NCBI GenBank assembly: GCA_943359595.1
Contig: CALRIA010000003.1
Span: 3,179 to 67,178, forward strand
Length of the DNA stretch: 64,000 nt
Direction: 5' to 3'
From: Candidatus Magasanikiibacteriota bacterium
Lineage (GTDB): Bacteria; Patescibacteriota; Patescibacteriia; Magasanikbacterales; GWA2-37-8
The notes under the pieces are model-generated. The model worked only from the letters and a program-made list of their open reading frames with translations. It did not search any database and was not told the DNA's origin. A program made the position numbers and the translations under genes. Below are positions 38,130 to 49,565 of the stretch, piece by piece (position 1 is the stretch's first letter; each line of letters starts with the position of its first letter).

Positions 38130-39343
38130 TAAAGTTTAGGAATAGCGCCGTATGCCCCTGCTATATATTTTGAATAGTAATTATCATCTGCTCGTACTCC
38201 CGTTACATCATCTAATCGCCAAGCCTCACTTTTACCCTCACTATTTTTTTCGATTAGAATAATTTGATATTTATCAAGGCTATTTAAAATACGATGACTA
38301 TGCGTACTAAATAGCAATTGTGCATTTTTAGGATTAGTATCAGGCTGAACAAACAAATCAAATAATGTTGAAACAATCTCTGGGTGTAAATTGACATCAA
38401 ATTCATCTAAGACAACTACACCGCCATTTGATAGGGCAACTAATATGGATTTTAATAATATAAATAATTGCTTTGTACCAGATGATTCATATTCCATTGG
38501 CAAAAATTCGGTACGACCACTAAAAGAGTGCACTACTTTTACATTTAGTGAAAATCCTTTTTCCTTCTTCTCTTTCTTGATATTAAAGGAATTTAAACCA
38601 AGGTCAAATTGAGATAACAATTTTTCCGCTTCTTTTTTAATTTTTTCATTATCAGATTCGCTGTAAAAATCTAACACTCCCAACAATTGTCGCATTGAGT
38701 CTGCTACGAGATGGTCGCCTAACCAACCAGCCTCCACAACATTTGTTTCGACTTTCTGCCAATAATCTAAAATCTCTTGACTTTCCTTATGATTAAATCG
38801 CACGGCTACACTCACAACACTAGCGTTTGGGCGAAGGGAGTTGCTAAATTCTTTCGGTAAATTAAAATTTTTATCATCCAATTCATACTTTTCACTTGCG
38901 CTATTCCACTGACGAGAAAACACTTTTTTGCTTGTCAATTTTTGATTACTTTTATTTTTTACCATTAATTCTTCGCTAATGATTCGTTTTTCAGTCAAAA
39001 TATAACTATATGTAAAAATATTGCCATTAATTTCAAAGTCGGCAGATAATTCTACTGGTTCTTTTTTATGATCACCAAACATAAACGGCTTGACAGGTAT
39101 TGTTGCCGAAGGACTTATGTTAAACGAGTCTACAATTAACCACTTTAAAAATGGTAACACCTTTAAAATATTGGTTTTACCAGAAGCATTTGGCCCTATC
39201 ACAGTTTCTATTTTAGAAAGGCGCGTACCTGAAGGAGCCAAAAAATAACCATAGTTACTTGGTGCTTTATCATTGACCACAAAATTAACTACGGTTGAAT
39301 CACCAAAAGAATAAAAATTCTTACACGAAAATGAGTGTATCAT
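38129..39343 (-). CDS. AAA_21/ABC-type ATPase (RloA/AbiLi/OLD-N-like)
   Basis: Walker A 'GPNASGKTNILK', Walker B 'VVLDEFDVNLHP', and an 'FSTHS' H-loop-like motif. 404 aa. Confidence 0.7.
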   Translation of the reverse strand: MIHSFSCKNFYSFGDSTVVNFVVNDKAPSNYGYFLAPSGTRLSKIETVIGPNASGKTNILKVLPFLKWLIVDSFNISPSATIPVKPFMFGDHKKEPVELSADFEINGNIFTYSYILTEKRIISEELMVKNKSNQKLTSKKVFSRQWNSASEKYELDDKNFNLPKEFSNSLRPNASVVSVAVRFNHKESQEILDYWQKVETNVVEAGWLGDHLVADSMRQLLGVLDFYSESDNEKIKKEAEKLLSQFDLGLNSFNIKKEKKEKGFSLNVKVVHSFSGRTEFLPMEYESSGTKQLFILLKSILVALSNGGVVVLDEFDVNLHPEIVSTLFDLFVQPDTNPKNAQLLFSTHSHRILNSLDKYQIILIEKNSEGKSEAWRLDDVTGVRADDNYYSKYIAGAYGAIPKL

Positions 39344-39720
39344 ATAATTTTGGTTAATAATTTTTTACTATTTGATTATACATTTTGGCTATTAAAGTAG
39401 TGTTTTTTAATATTGTTTGGATTTGGTATTTCATACGTAATAATAAATTAATGATTATATACAATGGGTAAATAAAGCTTAATTTTAATACAAATATGAA
39501 CTGAAAAGAACAAAGTGTGCTTACTACTAATAACCCTATAAATAGCCAAAATGAACAATCTCATTTATTAGCTCCCTAATACTTAATAGTATACTAAAAT
39601 ATCAGTTGTATGTCAATATCCTACAATATTTTGTATGATATGTCATTATACGTGTATTTTTAGCCACCTTTTCTCCATTTATCCGTTAAAACAGAAATGT
39701 TATCCACAGCCATTTTAACT

Positions 39721-39752
39721 AAAAATACAGCTTGTTTTAGCTGTATTTTAAA
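39721..39752 (-). terminator. Hairpin terminator (aaaaatacagc-ttgtttta-gctgtattttt)
   Basis: 10-11 bp stem followed by T-runs. Downstream of the 39778..40377 gene. Confidence 0.5.
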
Positions 39753-39777
39753 TGGTCTCTATCAGTAAAATAAAAAA

Positions 39778-40377
39778 CTATTTCTTTTTTCCGTAAATTA
39801 TGTAGATAAAACCTTTAAAATAAACTAAGAGCAAAACAAGACTCACTATAATAGTGGTGAGTACCGCATAACCGACCGCCTCCCAATAAAATATATAGTT
39901 TTTAATATATTTAACAACATGCGTACTTCCACAACTAAAGTATTTCTTATTTCCTAAACAATATGAATCTTTACTGTTTTGAATATGGGATTGAAGAATA
40001 CTATCTTTTGCAGTATTTTTTACAGCTGGATCCAGAGATTGCAAAACTGTAAAGACTTTGTCTATATTTGTGGTTATGTCATTATTGCAAACAGCATAAT
40101 TTTTGAGAGAAAAATCTGACAAGTAATCATACCCCCTTGTTGCGTCATTTTTACACGCTAAAGTGCCATTCTTTTCTAAAAATGACGGTACGGTATTTAC
40201 TAATTCAGGATGATTTTTAGTATAATCAGTTAACGTAATAGTAATATCTGTATTTTCAAAAGTGTTTTCTATCGAAGATGAGGCGACGAAATACGATATT
40301 CCTAAAGTGGCAATAATTACAACTACAAACAGCACTTTAAAAAAGCGATGCCACCATTTGCTATTAAGATTTTCCAT
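39778..40377 (-). CDS. Hypothetical membrane protein (two TM helices, Cys-containing extracytoplasmic middle)
   Basis: Hydrophobic N- and C-terminal helices. 199 aa. Confidence 0.55.
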   Translation of the reverse strand: MENLNSKWWHRFFKVLFVVVIIATLGISYFVASSSIENTFENTDITITLTDYTKNHPELVNTVPSFLEKNGTLACKNDATRGYDYLSDFSLKNYAVCNNDITTNIDKVFTVLQSLDPAVKNTAKDSILQSHIQNSKDSYCLGNKKYFSCGSTHVVKYIKNYIFYWEAVGYAVLTTIIVSLVLLLVYFKGFIYIIYGKKK

Positions 40378-40398
40378 ACATTATTTAAAATAAAATTA

Positions 40399-40800
40399 CT
40401 AATTTGCCATTTGTTTTTCTAATTCTTGTTCCTGTTGAGGCGTTAATGGTTGCACGGTAATTGGATTAGGGTCAGATTCGAACTTAGAGTAATAATTGTT
40501 ATCCCAATCATCTACACACAACACGCTCGCATGTTCAAAAATTCCAGGTATTTTAATTGAATGTTTTTCGGATTTAGTATTTGCTTCAGTAGTATACATA
40601 TATGGAACTGCTGCACTACCAGCGGAATATCTCCAAACACAGATAGAACCATTTCCTGTTGGGACATCAACAAAATAAGTTTCCAGCTGACTAGAGACTA
40701 CAATGTTTTTAATCATCGGATTGTTGCTTTGTGCATTATTACTATTACAGCCAGCCCCTAATAAAACAACTCCGACTAATAACAAAAATATCTTTTTCAT
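40399..40800 (-). CDS. Hypothetical lipoprotein
   Basis: Lipobox 'LLGAGC' after a signal peptide. 133 aa. Confidence 0.6.
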   Translation of the reverse strand: MKKIFLLLVGVVLLGAGCNSNNAQSNNPMIKNIVVSSQLETYFVDVPTGNGSICVWRYSAGSAAVPYMYTTEANTKSEKHSIKIPGIFEHASVLCVDDWDNNYYSKFESDPNPITVQPLTPQQEQELEKQMAN

Positions 40801-40860
40801 AATTTAAAATATTTGATAAGTTAATAATAAACCTTTTTGTTTGTTTTTACAAACACAAAA

Positions 40861-40967
40861 GGCTACGTGTCTTCTGGTGATCCCTTTCGGAATCCAACAA
40901 CCTTTCGATTGTTGACTAAACGAATAATACCAGAGACGGCGTAGCCATCTCTATATTCGTTTAGTTT
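40861..40967. repeat. Cluster of interleaved inverted repeats: GGCTACG..TCTGGT / ACCAGA..CGTAGCC, and ACTAAACGAATA / TATTCGTTTAGT
   Basis: Read directly. The second pair is a 12-bp perfect inverted repeat. Confidence 0.6.
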
Positions 40968-41075
40968 TTCGACCGTGCCCTGTGCATAACACAAAGTTTA
41001 GGTCTTTAAATTGTTGTGTGTATATTACCAAATAGTTGCCAAAAAATCAATAACACCAAGTAATAACCACCATTT

Positions 41076-41104
41076 TTGACACCCCAAAATATTAGTGATA
41101 TAAT
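41076..41104 (+). promoter_or_regulatory. Perfect consensus sigma70 promoter TTGACA-N17-TATAAT
   Basis: Read directly. Points into the Rep leader. Confidence 0.6.
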
Positions 41105-41240
41105 ACTTATGTTCCGATGAGAAACTATTATATAACGCTCGGAACATATTACTGTATTTGTGCTCGGGAAGGATTGCACCCCCTACTAAGGGAGGTGTTT
41201 TGTTTTATATCTACTTTCTACCTTTGGGTACAGTGCAGAT

Positions 41241-41275
41241 CAGTTTTTCGGGCGGTTGCCCCGCCCGAAAAACTG
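41241..41275 (+). promoter_or_regulatory. 15-bp perfect hairpin (cagtttttcgggcgg-ttgcc-ccgcccgaaaaactg) in the Rep leader. Candidate replication-origin or attenuator structure.
   Basis: Read directly. Confidence 0.5.
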
Positions 41276-41433
41276 GCTGCCTGCCAAGGAGAAAGAGAAA
41301 ACAAAGATTCCCGTTGTCGGTGTATCAGGCCTGTGCACTGGCATAAATCTGTTTAGCCTCATTAACTAGATTATAAGCACACATTTAACCGCAGAATGAG
41401 GCTACTATTGTAATCCGCTCTTTTAACAACATC

Positions 41434-42303
41434 ATGCCTATGATTGAACTGTATGACTTTAAACTAATAAAGTCTGGTAAAGAAATCGAGGTGTATGTGT
41501 ATAAAACAAAGAAAATATTAAAGGGCTACACCCGAAAGAAAAACCACACCGAAGAACAAAAGATACTGATAAAAGAAAAACAAGCCCAAGCCAAACAAAA
41601 AGAAGTTGAATATATGGAACTGATGGAAGAATGGGGTTGCGAGCAAGAAGTCGCTGACTTGCACCAAACCCAAAACCAAAAAACCACCTTTTCCATATCT
41701 CGTACTAGAACCAACATTCGCCGTCTCACCAATGCTAACCCACATCTGCGTAAATTCCTCACGCTAACCTTTGCAGAAAGCACGACAGAGCTCTTAGAGG
41801 CCAACCACCTGTTCAACACCGCTATGAAACGAATACTGCGAGCCAAACCAGCCTTTGAATATATCGCCGTCGTTGAATTTCAGAAAGACATTGACTATTA
41901 CGGCAACAAAAAAGAAAAAGGCGGATCTGTTCATTACCACCTATTGTGCAACATTGTCTTGCCCGACAATGCTGATACATTTGCGTGGGAAAGACGGTTT
42001 GCGATGAAGTATTGGAAAAATGGGTTTGTGAAAATACGAGAGGTAAATACTGTAACCAATATGGGTGCGTATTTCTGTAAATATCTTGGAAAAGATATGT
42101 TTGATAAAAGAATGTTTGGCAAAAAGAAATTCTTTTGTTCTCGACAATTAAATAAGCCAGTTGAGATGACTGGCGGTAAAGCAATTAGTTTTTTCAATAA
42201 ATTTGTTAAGCCGACCCTTAAACCGATCTTTGAAAAAACTTTCACCAGTGAATATACTGGCAAGGTGGAGTATTCCGCCTACACTCTTAAAGAAGATTCC
42301 TAA
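41434..42303 (+). CDS. rep: Rolling-circle replication initiator (HUH endonuclease, pC194/Rep_1-like)
   Basis: Motif 1 'FLTLTF', HUH motif 'HYHLL', Tyr motif 'YFCKYLGKD'. Confidence 0.65.
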   Translation: MPMIELYDFKLIKSGKEIEVYVYKTKKILKGYTRKKNHTEEQKILIKEKQAQAKQKEVEYMELMEEWGCEQEVADLHQTQNQKTTFSISRTRTNIRRLTNANPHLRKFLTLTFAESTTELLEANHLFNTAMKRILRAKPAFEYIAVVEFQKDIDYYGNKKEKGGSVHYHLLCNIVLPDNADTFAWERRFAMKYWKNGFVKIREVNTVTNMGAYFCKYLGKDMFDKRMFGKKKFFCSRQLNKPVEMTGGKAISFFNKFVKPTLKPIFEKTFTSEYTGKVEYSAYTLKEDS

Positions 42304-42348
42304 TTAAGTTTAAACATATTTTTATGGCTTTCATCAACACAAAACGGT

Positions 42349-42531
42349 ATGCAATTAACGGACAATTTTGTCCTGAAATTCCAGACGATCTACGAGGCGG
42401 AATTTCATGAGAAATTGAGCTACGAAAAAGCGTATGCAGAATGTATGGACATGTTCGTCCTTGGAAAAATACTATTTAGACCTGTGAGTAAGCAGGATAT
42501 ACACGCTCTTGAATTGAGCAAAGAAAATTGA
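42349..42531 (+). CDS. Hypothetical 60-aa protein between rep and the recombinase gene
   Basis: ORF only. Position suggests an accessory or directionality factor. Confidence 0.35.
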   Translation: MQLTDNFVLKFQTIYEAEFHEKLSYEKAYAECMDMFVLGKILFRPVSKQDIHALELSKEN

Positions 42532-42542
42532 TACTATATGTG

Positions 42543-42657
42543 GGCTTACCCGATACAATACAATAAACGCTATTAAAGACTTTTTTATTTTCATACCAGA
42601 GATGGGCAGTCCTGTCCGATGAAATAGTCTTTTTTAGCTATTTGTGTCGGGTAAGCC
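42543..42657. repeat. 11-bp inverted repeat (ggcttacccga / tcgggtaagcc) bracketing about 93 bp just upstream of the recombinase start
   Basis: Read directly. Confidence 0.55.
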
Positions 42658-42692
42658 AGGGCTGTCCTTTTTTGTTTTTAATCATTTTCATT

Positions 42693-44384
<1,692 letters not shown>

Positions 44385-44390
44385 GAAAAA

Positions 44391-46925
44391 TCAACCCCGC
44401 CTAATAATACCACTAGCCAAACTAACCACTTTTTTAACACCAGTAATTAACAAAGCACCGCGTGCTCTAGCCAAAAATCCCAGTAAAAGCGCTGTTAAAC
44501 CACCGGCTGTAGTTGTCACATATTTTTTAGTAATATCACGCTGCTTATTCTGATCCATTAATAAACGATCGGCATCGACTTCTCCAACATGACTAACTAC
44601 AACTAATTCAGACGATGATCTAGGCAAAATCTGCCAACCATCTTTTCCTTGATTTAAAATTCCTATCAGCTCTATTTTATCACCCTCTTTTAATGCCTGT
44701 TTATTAATTTTTGCTCCTTTAGTAAAATAAACCGAGACTTCCTTAGCACTATCATCCACATACATCAGATTACTTTTAATTTCAGTTATATCTCCAGATA
44801 TCTTAACTAGCGAACCTAATAATTCTTCACTAACGTCCTCTTTTTCTAAATCTATTGGTTCTATTTTTTTATTTGTCGCTAAAACATCTACTGCATATCT
44901 ATTTTTTATTTTTATTCTTTTAACCCCATTAATTTCCGATTTTTCTCCACCAACAGATATATAATCACCAATTTTTAAATCTGGAAAATCTTTTTTATAC
45001 TGATAAATTTGGAAACCAGTCTGGCCATCACTAATATAAAAAAACTGCTGACTAAAAGTTTTTGGTTCTACTGTCACTATTCCATGCACAGAAATCCAAT
45101 TTGAAAATACTTTAGTAGAAGCAATTTTTAGATCTTTATTTTTATTTTTTTCTCCCAATAATATTATTTTATTCATCTCCTGACCGTTTGGAGACATTAA
45201 TTTTATTTCATCACCATTTTTATCAAAACTAAGATGATGAATAGATCTAAAAAATTTTAAAGTTCCTGACGCCATAATAATAGTATCATCTGGTAATTCA
45301 TATTCCTTGCCACTTTTATTTTTTATTTTCCACCCAGAAATATCGTGCGGTTTATTTAAATAATTTTGTAATTCAATATATTCTAACTGATCTTCTATAC
45401 TGGTAACTAGCCAACTACTAATTTTTACATCGGCACTGACCACTGAAAAACTAGGGCCGACATAAACTCTAAATTCTTTTTTATTTATTGTCCCAGCGCT
45501 ACTGGAAGCCACCACAGAAACTAAATAAACTCCAGAGCTAGTAAAACTGTGTTCTAAAATATGCCCCGTACCACTAGAATTATCACCAAAATTCCAAATA
45601 AAATTTATCTTTCCACCACGTGGATCAGCGCTTCCTTCTACACTAAAAATTCCAATTTCACCGACATCTACTCCATATGGCCAATGAAGTTTCCAACTAA
45701 TATTTACCGAATCTTTTATCACGGTAACAGAAGATTTTGTAGTAGTAGAAATCTTATTTGATTTAACCATTAATGTTGTAGAGACAACGGTGCTAGTAGC
45801 AGCATGGGTTACTATATTGTTTCCTCCACCATTATCATTGTTTAAATTATTGACAACTGGAATTACCAGCTCATTGGTCGAACCGATTGTTAATTTATTA
45901 GTAAGCGCCCAGTCACTGTCTAAATCAGTATCAAAACCATCAATTTTCCTAATTAGAGCTTGACCTTTTGCTAAAGAAACTAAATTTGTTGTCCCATAAC
46001 TTACCTGATCCACTATATTATTATTTTTATCTTTTAAAATTACCGTATCTCCATTATTATTTAAATATCTATCGGTCAATAAATCTGCTACAAACCAATC
46101 ATGCCCAGCCACTAATCCCCCAAGCAATTTACATCCGCTACCCGAAGAATCACAGATCAATCCATCTGCTAAATTTAGCGTACTAGAACTAGTATTAAAT
46201 AGCTCCACCAATTCATTTCCACTAAACGGATCGGATATAATTTCATTTAATTTAATGGATTGCCAATCAAAAATATTATTCTCTGTACTGCTAGACGATA
46301 AAATTTCTAATGGTTGATTATTATTTGAAGAAGTAGCGACATCCAAAATGTTAACCGGAACTGTAGAGGTACTAGAGGAAAACAGACTATCAATTACAAA
46401 ATAGTTACTATTCTGCAGGCCAACGGTATTACCAATATTATTTTCTTGCCAATTACTAAAATAATAATCATTTAAAAATGGATTTTTTCTTTCCAATGAA
46501 TATTTGGTAGTAGACACATAATTAAAACGTTCTACAAAATTTCCAACTTCATCTTTTAAACCGATCTCTTCGCCACTTTCATTTAAATTTGTCCATGCTG
46601 AATCAAAAACAGAACCGATAAAATTTGGAAAATCCTTTAAAAACACTTCGGCATTCTGACAGATAACTGCAAATTCTCCAATCGATATTATACTATCACT
46701 AGAGGTTGTCGTAAAAAGATTATGGTTAGTATTGTTTTCCCAAAATTTCCAATCTTTAATATCTACTGGATCTGTGCCCTTGTTCCAAATTTCTATCCAT
46801 TCATGAGTACTTGTCGGATAAGCACCAACTTCGTTAATAATAATATCACTGCTAATAGCCAAAGAATTTTGTCCAATAAAAAAACTGCCAAACAAAAAGA
46901 CAGCTAACAAAATATAATATTTCAT
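44391..46925 (-). CDS. Large secreted protein with lamin-tail (LTD) and PKD-like domains and a C-terminal TM anchor
   Basis: Signal peptide. '[18 protein letters not shown]' and a second '[15 protein letters not shown]' are LTD-like. '[31 protein letters not shown]' is PKD-like. C-terminal hydrophobic helix. Confidence 0.8.
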   Translation of the reverse strand: MKYYILLAVFLFGSFFIGQNSLAISSDIIINEVGAYPTSTHEWIEIWNKGTDPVDIKDWKFWENNTNHNLFTTTSSDSIISIGEFAVICQNAEVFLKDFPNFIGSVFDSAWTNLNESGEEIGLKDEVGNFVERFNYVSTTKYSLERKNPFLNDYYFSNWQENNIGNTVGLQNSNYFVIDSLFSSSTSTVPVNILDVATSSNNNQPLEILSSSSTENNIFDWQSIKLNEIISDPFSGNELVELFNTSSSTLNLADGLICDSSGSGCKLLGGLVAGHDWFVADLLTDRYLNNNGDTVILKDKNNNIVDQVSYGTTNLVSLAKGQALIRKIDGFDTDLDSDWALTNKLTIGSTNELVIPVVNNLNNDNGGGNNIVTHAATSTVVSTTLMVKSNKISTTTKSSVTVIKDSVNISWKLHWPYGVDVGEIGIFSVEGSADPRGGKINFIWNFGDNSSGTGHILEHSFTSSGVYLVSVVASSSAGTINKKEFRVYVGPSFSVVSADVKISSWLVTSIEDQLEYIELQNYLNKPHDISGWKIKNKSGKEYELPDDTIIMASGTLKFFRSIHHLSFDKNGDEIKLMSPNGQEMNKIILLGEKNKNKDLKIASTKVFSNWISVHGIVTVEPKTFSQQFFYISDGQTGFQIYQYKKDFPDLKIGDYISVGGEKSEINGVKRIKIKNRYAVDVLATNKKIEPIDLEKEDVSEELLGSLVKISGDITEIKSNLMYVDDSAKEVSVYFTKGAKINKQALKEGDKIELIGILNQGKDGWQILPRSSSELVVVSHVGEVDADRLLMDQNKQRDITKKYVTTTAGGLTALLLGFLARARGALLITGVKKVVSLASGIIRRG

Positions 46926-47004
46926 ATCCCCCCAATTAAAATATTAATTAATGTTTTTATTATACCAAAATTTTTGATAATTATAAAATTTTTATAATTA
47001 AAAA

Positions 47005-47035
47005 ATAAAACCTCTTATTTAAGAGGTTTTATAAT
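47005..47035 (-). terminator. Hairpin terminator (aaaacctctt-attt-aagaggtttt) overlapping the stop of the 47015 gene
   Basis: 10-bp perfect stem flanked by A/T runs. Confidence 0.5.
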
Positions 47036-47464
47036 TATTTTTTTCAAAAGATCAAACGGTTTTTCTTTTTGAAAATTACCTTCATAACTACCTTTTAATT
47101 TTTTTTGTATTATGGCTGGTAAAGTTTTTTTAAGATCTTTAAGCAATTCTTTTGGAGCAAATAGGTAAACACTGTTTACTTTTTGTTCAACCAAAAATTG
47201 TTTAACATCATTTTTAAATTCTCTAATAAAGTTGTCTCGTTCTAATTTACGTAATTTCTCAAATTTTGCTCCAGACTCAAAAACCATTGTACCACGTTTA
47301 ATCAGATCTTCACGATCAGAATATTTAGTTTTTTCCAGCTTAAAATGAAAAACATTATTTATTTCAGCATTTCCTGCTAGATAAAAATCTGCTTCTTGAG
47401 TACTGGTGACTAGCAATAAAGCCATTTCGTCCATAAATTGAGGTAACTTAGAAGAGATAAACAT
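47015..47464 (-). CDS. Hypothetical protein (149 aa)
   Basis: ORF with Lys/Glu-rich composition and no confident family. Confidence 0.5.
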   Translation of the reverse strand: MFISSKLPQFMDEMALLLVTSTQEADFYLAGNAEINNVFHFKLEKTKYSDREDLIKRGTMVFESGAKFEKLRKLERDNFIREFKNDVKQFLVEQKVNSVYLFAPKELLKDLKKTLPAIIQKKLKGSYEGNFQKEKPFDLLKKIIIKPLK

Positions 47465-47492
47465 ATAGAATAATTAAATATAATTAATAAGG

Positions 47493-48452
47493 TTATTTAA
47501 TAGATTGTGCACTGGAATTGAGAATTTGTGGTTTATACAATTCAGGATCAATTTTTCGATTAAAACAAGTATGTTCAGCTTTATGGTTCCAATTCTGATT
47601 GAAAGAATCATATGGCATAGCATATTTAGCTGGACTGTAAATTGAGTTACTATCACTAATTGCCTCAAAGTCAGCACACAGTTCAAAAGCATATTGATCA
47701 ATTATGCGATATTCGTACATTTTATTAGTTTTTGGATCAGTTGGTACCACAAAGCCAGAGATACTATCGTTAAGCAGTGAAATTTCACCTGGGAGCAAGC
47801 CTTTTTGCGTCCAATAATTTAACGTTTGATTCTGTAACATCTGTAGGTTTTGCACGCGTTGTTCATCGAAACGACGATTGCGCTGTGTAAAAGGTGTACC
47901 AATGATGAAAAATCCTGCAATTACACTGCCTAATACTATTATCGATAAAAATACTGCCAAAATTTTAGGAATATTTGATACTAGTTCTTTACGTTTTAAA
48001 TCCCACATATAATATCCAAATACTGCTCCAGCTATTAATAATACTACCAAAATCTTTAGGAAGAAACGAACGGTAAGTTCTCCACTTAAAAAGTTATATA
48101 CAAAGGTAATTAAATCGATAATTATAGTAATTGCCGAGATAAAAAGTGTGAAATACACCAACCATTTTCTTAATCTCAATTCACGCTTTTGTGGTTCAGC
48201 CAATAAATCTTTCGCCAATAGCCACTCGGTAAACAGATAAGCTGGAACAGAAATCAATAAAATTGCCGATGCTATGCGCACCGCATCGGCAATACCGGTA
48301 AAATAATAATTAAGTGTATCTGGAAAAAGTACGTTAATATATTGAATATAAAGAGTAATAAAACCAATTGTAACCAGATAAAATGTCAGTATGTTAAATA
48401 ATTGCAAAAAAACATCTTTTGGCGTGCTTTTAAGAATCGTAGCATTTTCCAT
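47493..48452 (-). CDS. Hypothetical polytopic membrane protein
   Basis: About 6-7 TM helices in the first 200 aa, then a soluble C-terminal domain. Confidence 0.6.
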   Translation of the reverse strand: MENATILKSTPKDVFLQLFNILTFYLVTIGFITLYIQYINVLFPDTLNYYFTGIADAVRIASAILLISVPAYLFTEWLLAKDLLAEPQKRELRLRKWLVYFTLFISAITIIIDLITFVYNFLSGELTVRFFLKILVVLLIAGAVFGYYMWDLKRKELVSNIPKILAVFLSIIVLGSVIAGFFIIGTPFTQRNRRFDEQRVQNLQMLQNQTLNYWTQKGLLPGEISLLNDSISGFVVPTDPKTNKMYEYRIIDQYAFELCADFEAISDSNSIYSPAKYAMPYDSFNQNWNHKAEHTCFNRKIDPELYKPQILNSSAQSIK

Positions 48453-48508
48453 AGTAAAAAATTAATAATATTATAACTTAATTATATCACAAAAAAATAA
48501 ACAAAAAA

Positions 48509-49489
48509 CTATCTAATTCCTATCAATTTTCGCACTGTCCCCATGTTTGTATTAGCCACTTTTTGAGCTTTTTTAGCTCCATTAGCCAAAATATCATCTA
48601 ATTTTTTAGTATTTTTCAAAAGATTGGCCCGTTTTTCTCTAAAACTAGTAAAATAATCGCTCACCGTTTTACTTAGAGTAGCTTTTAAATCACCATATCT
48701 AATAGTGCCGTCTTTTTCTGCCAATAAAAACTCTTTATAAGTTTTTTCATCACCAAACTCTTTAAGTAAACCCAACAAGTTTTCTACCCCTGGAGCCTTT
48801 TTACCACCAATAGTGGCAGTTACCGCTCGCTTTAATTTTTCAATTATCTCATCTGGCTCTTCACGAAGTTCAATCACATGACCAGCACCCAAACTTTTGC
48901 TCATTTTTTTCTCTGGTTCAAGTAAACTCATTACTTTAGGAACTTTAGTAAGCAAATGTTTAGCTTCTGGGAAGAATTCTCCATATTTATTATTAAACCA
49001 ACGAGCAATATCGCGAGTTAACTCCACATGCTGAACTTGATCTTGTCCAACTGGCACTAATGAGCCTTTATATATCAAAATGTCAGCCGCTTGCAAGATA
49101 GGATAAGTAAATAGCCCAGCAGTAGCTGAAATTTGTTGGGCAGTCTTATCTTTATACTGAGTCATACGATCTAGCTCACCCATTGGAGAAACACAATTAA
49201 AAATCCAGGCAAGTTCTGTATGTTCAAATACATGTGATTGTACAAAAAAAGTAGTTTTATCTGGATCAATACCTGCAGCCAGTAGCTCAGCCGCTGTTAT
49301 CTTTACCTGCTCGCGTAATTGCTCGGCCGGAATTTTTCCAGTCAAAGAATGCAAATCAGCGATAAAAATATATAATTGATATTTACCAGAATTTTGCAAT
49401 TCCAACCAATTTTTTACTGCTCCCAAATAATTGCCAATATGCAAGTTACCGGTCGGTTGAACTCCTGATACAATTACGGGTTTAGACAT
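48509..49489 (-). CDS. trpS: Tryptophanyl-tRNA synthetase
   Basis: HIGH motif 'TGNLHIGNYLGA', 'KMSKS' motif, 326 aa. Confidence 0.92.
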   Translation of the reverse strand: MSKPVIVSGVQPTGNLHIGNYLGAVKNWLELQNSGKYQLYIFIADLHSLTGKIPAEQLREQVKITAAELLAAGIDPDKTTFFVQSHVFEHTELAWIFNCVSPMGELDRMTQYKDKTAQQISATAGLFTYPILQAADILIYKGSLVPVGQDQVQHVELTRDIARWFNNKYGEFFPEAKHLLTKVPKVMSLLEPEKKMSKSLGAGHVIELREEPDEIIEKLKRAVTATIGGKKAPGVENLLGLLKEFGDEKTYKEFLLAEKDGTIRYGDLKATLSKTVSDYFTSFREKRANLLKNTKKLDDILANGAKKAQKVANTNMGTVRKLIGIR

Positions 49490-49565
49490 AAAAAAAACAA
49501 ATAATATTATAATGTTATTTTAACCTAATTTATCTTGGCTGTAAATGCCTAAGGGCCTTAAAAAA

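Noticed and set aside
41117-41356. 79-aa and 62-aa plus-strand ORFs in the Rep leader.
   Set aside because: Cys/Arg-rich translations typical of GC-rich non-coding sequence. They have no ribosome-binding site and overlap the 15-bp hairpin. The leader is more likely RNA or origin.
41518-42263. Five minus-strand ORFs of 68-120 aa lie inside the Rep gene.
   Set aside because: They are antisense to a gene carrying convincing HUH motifs. The higher GC of the element inflates spurious ORFs.
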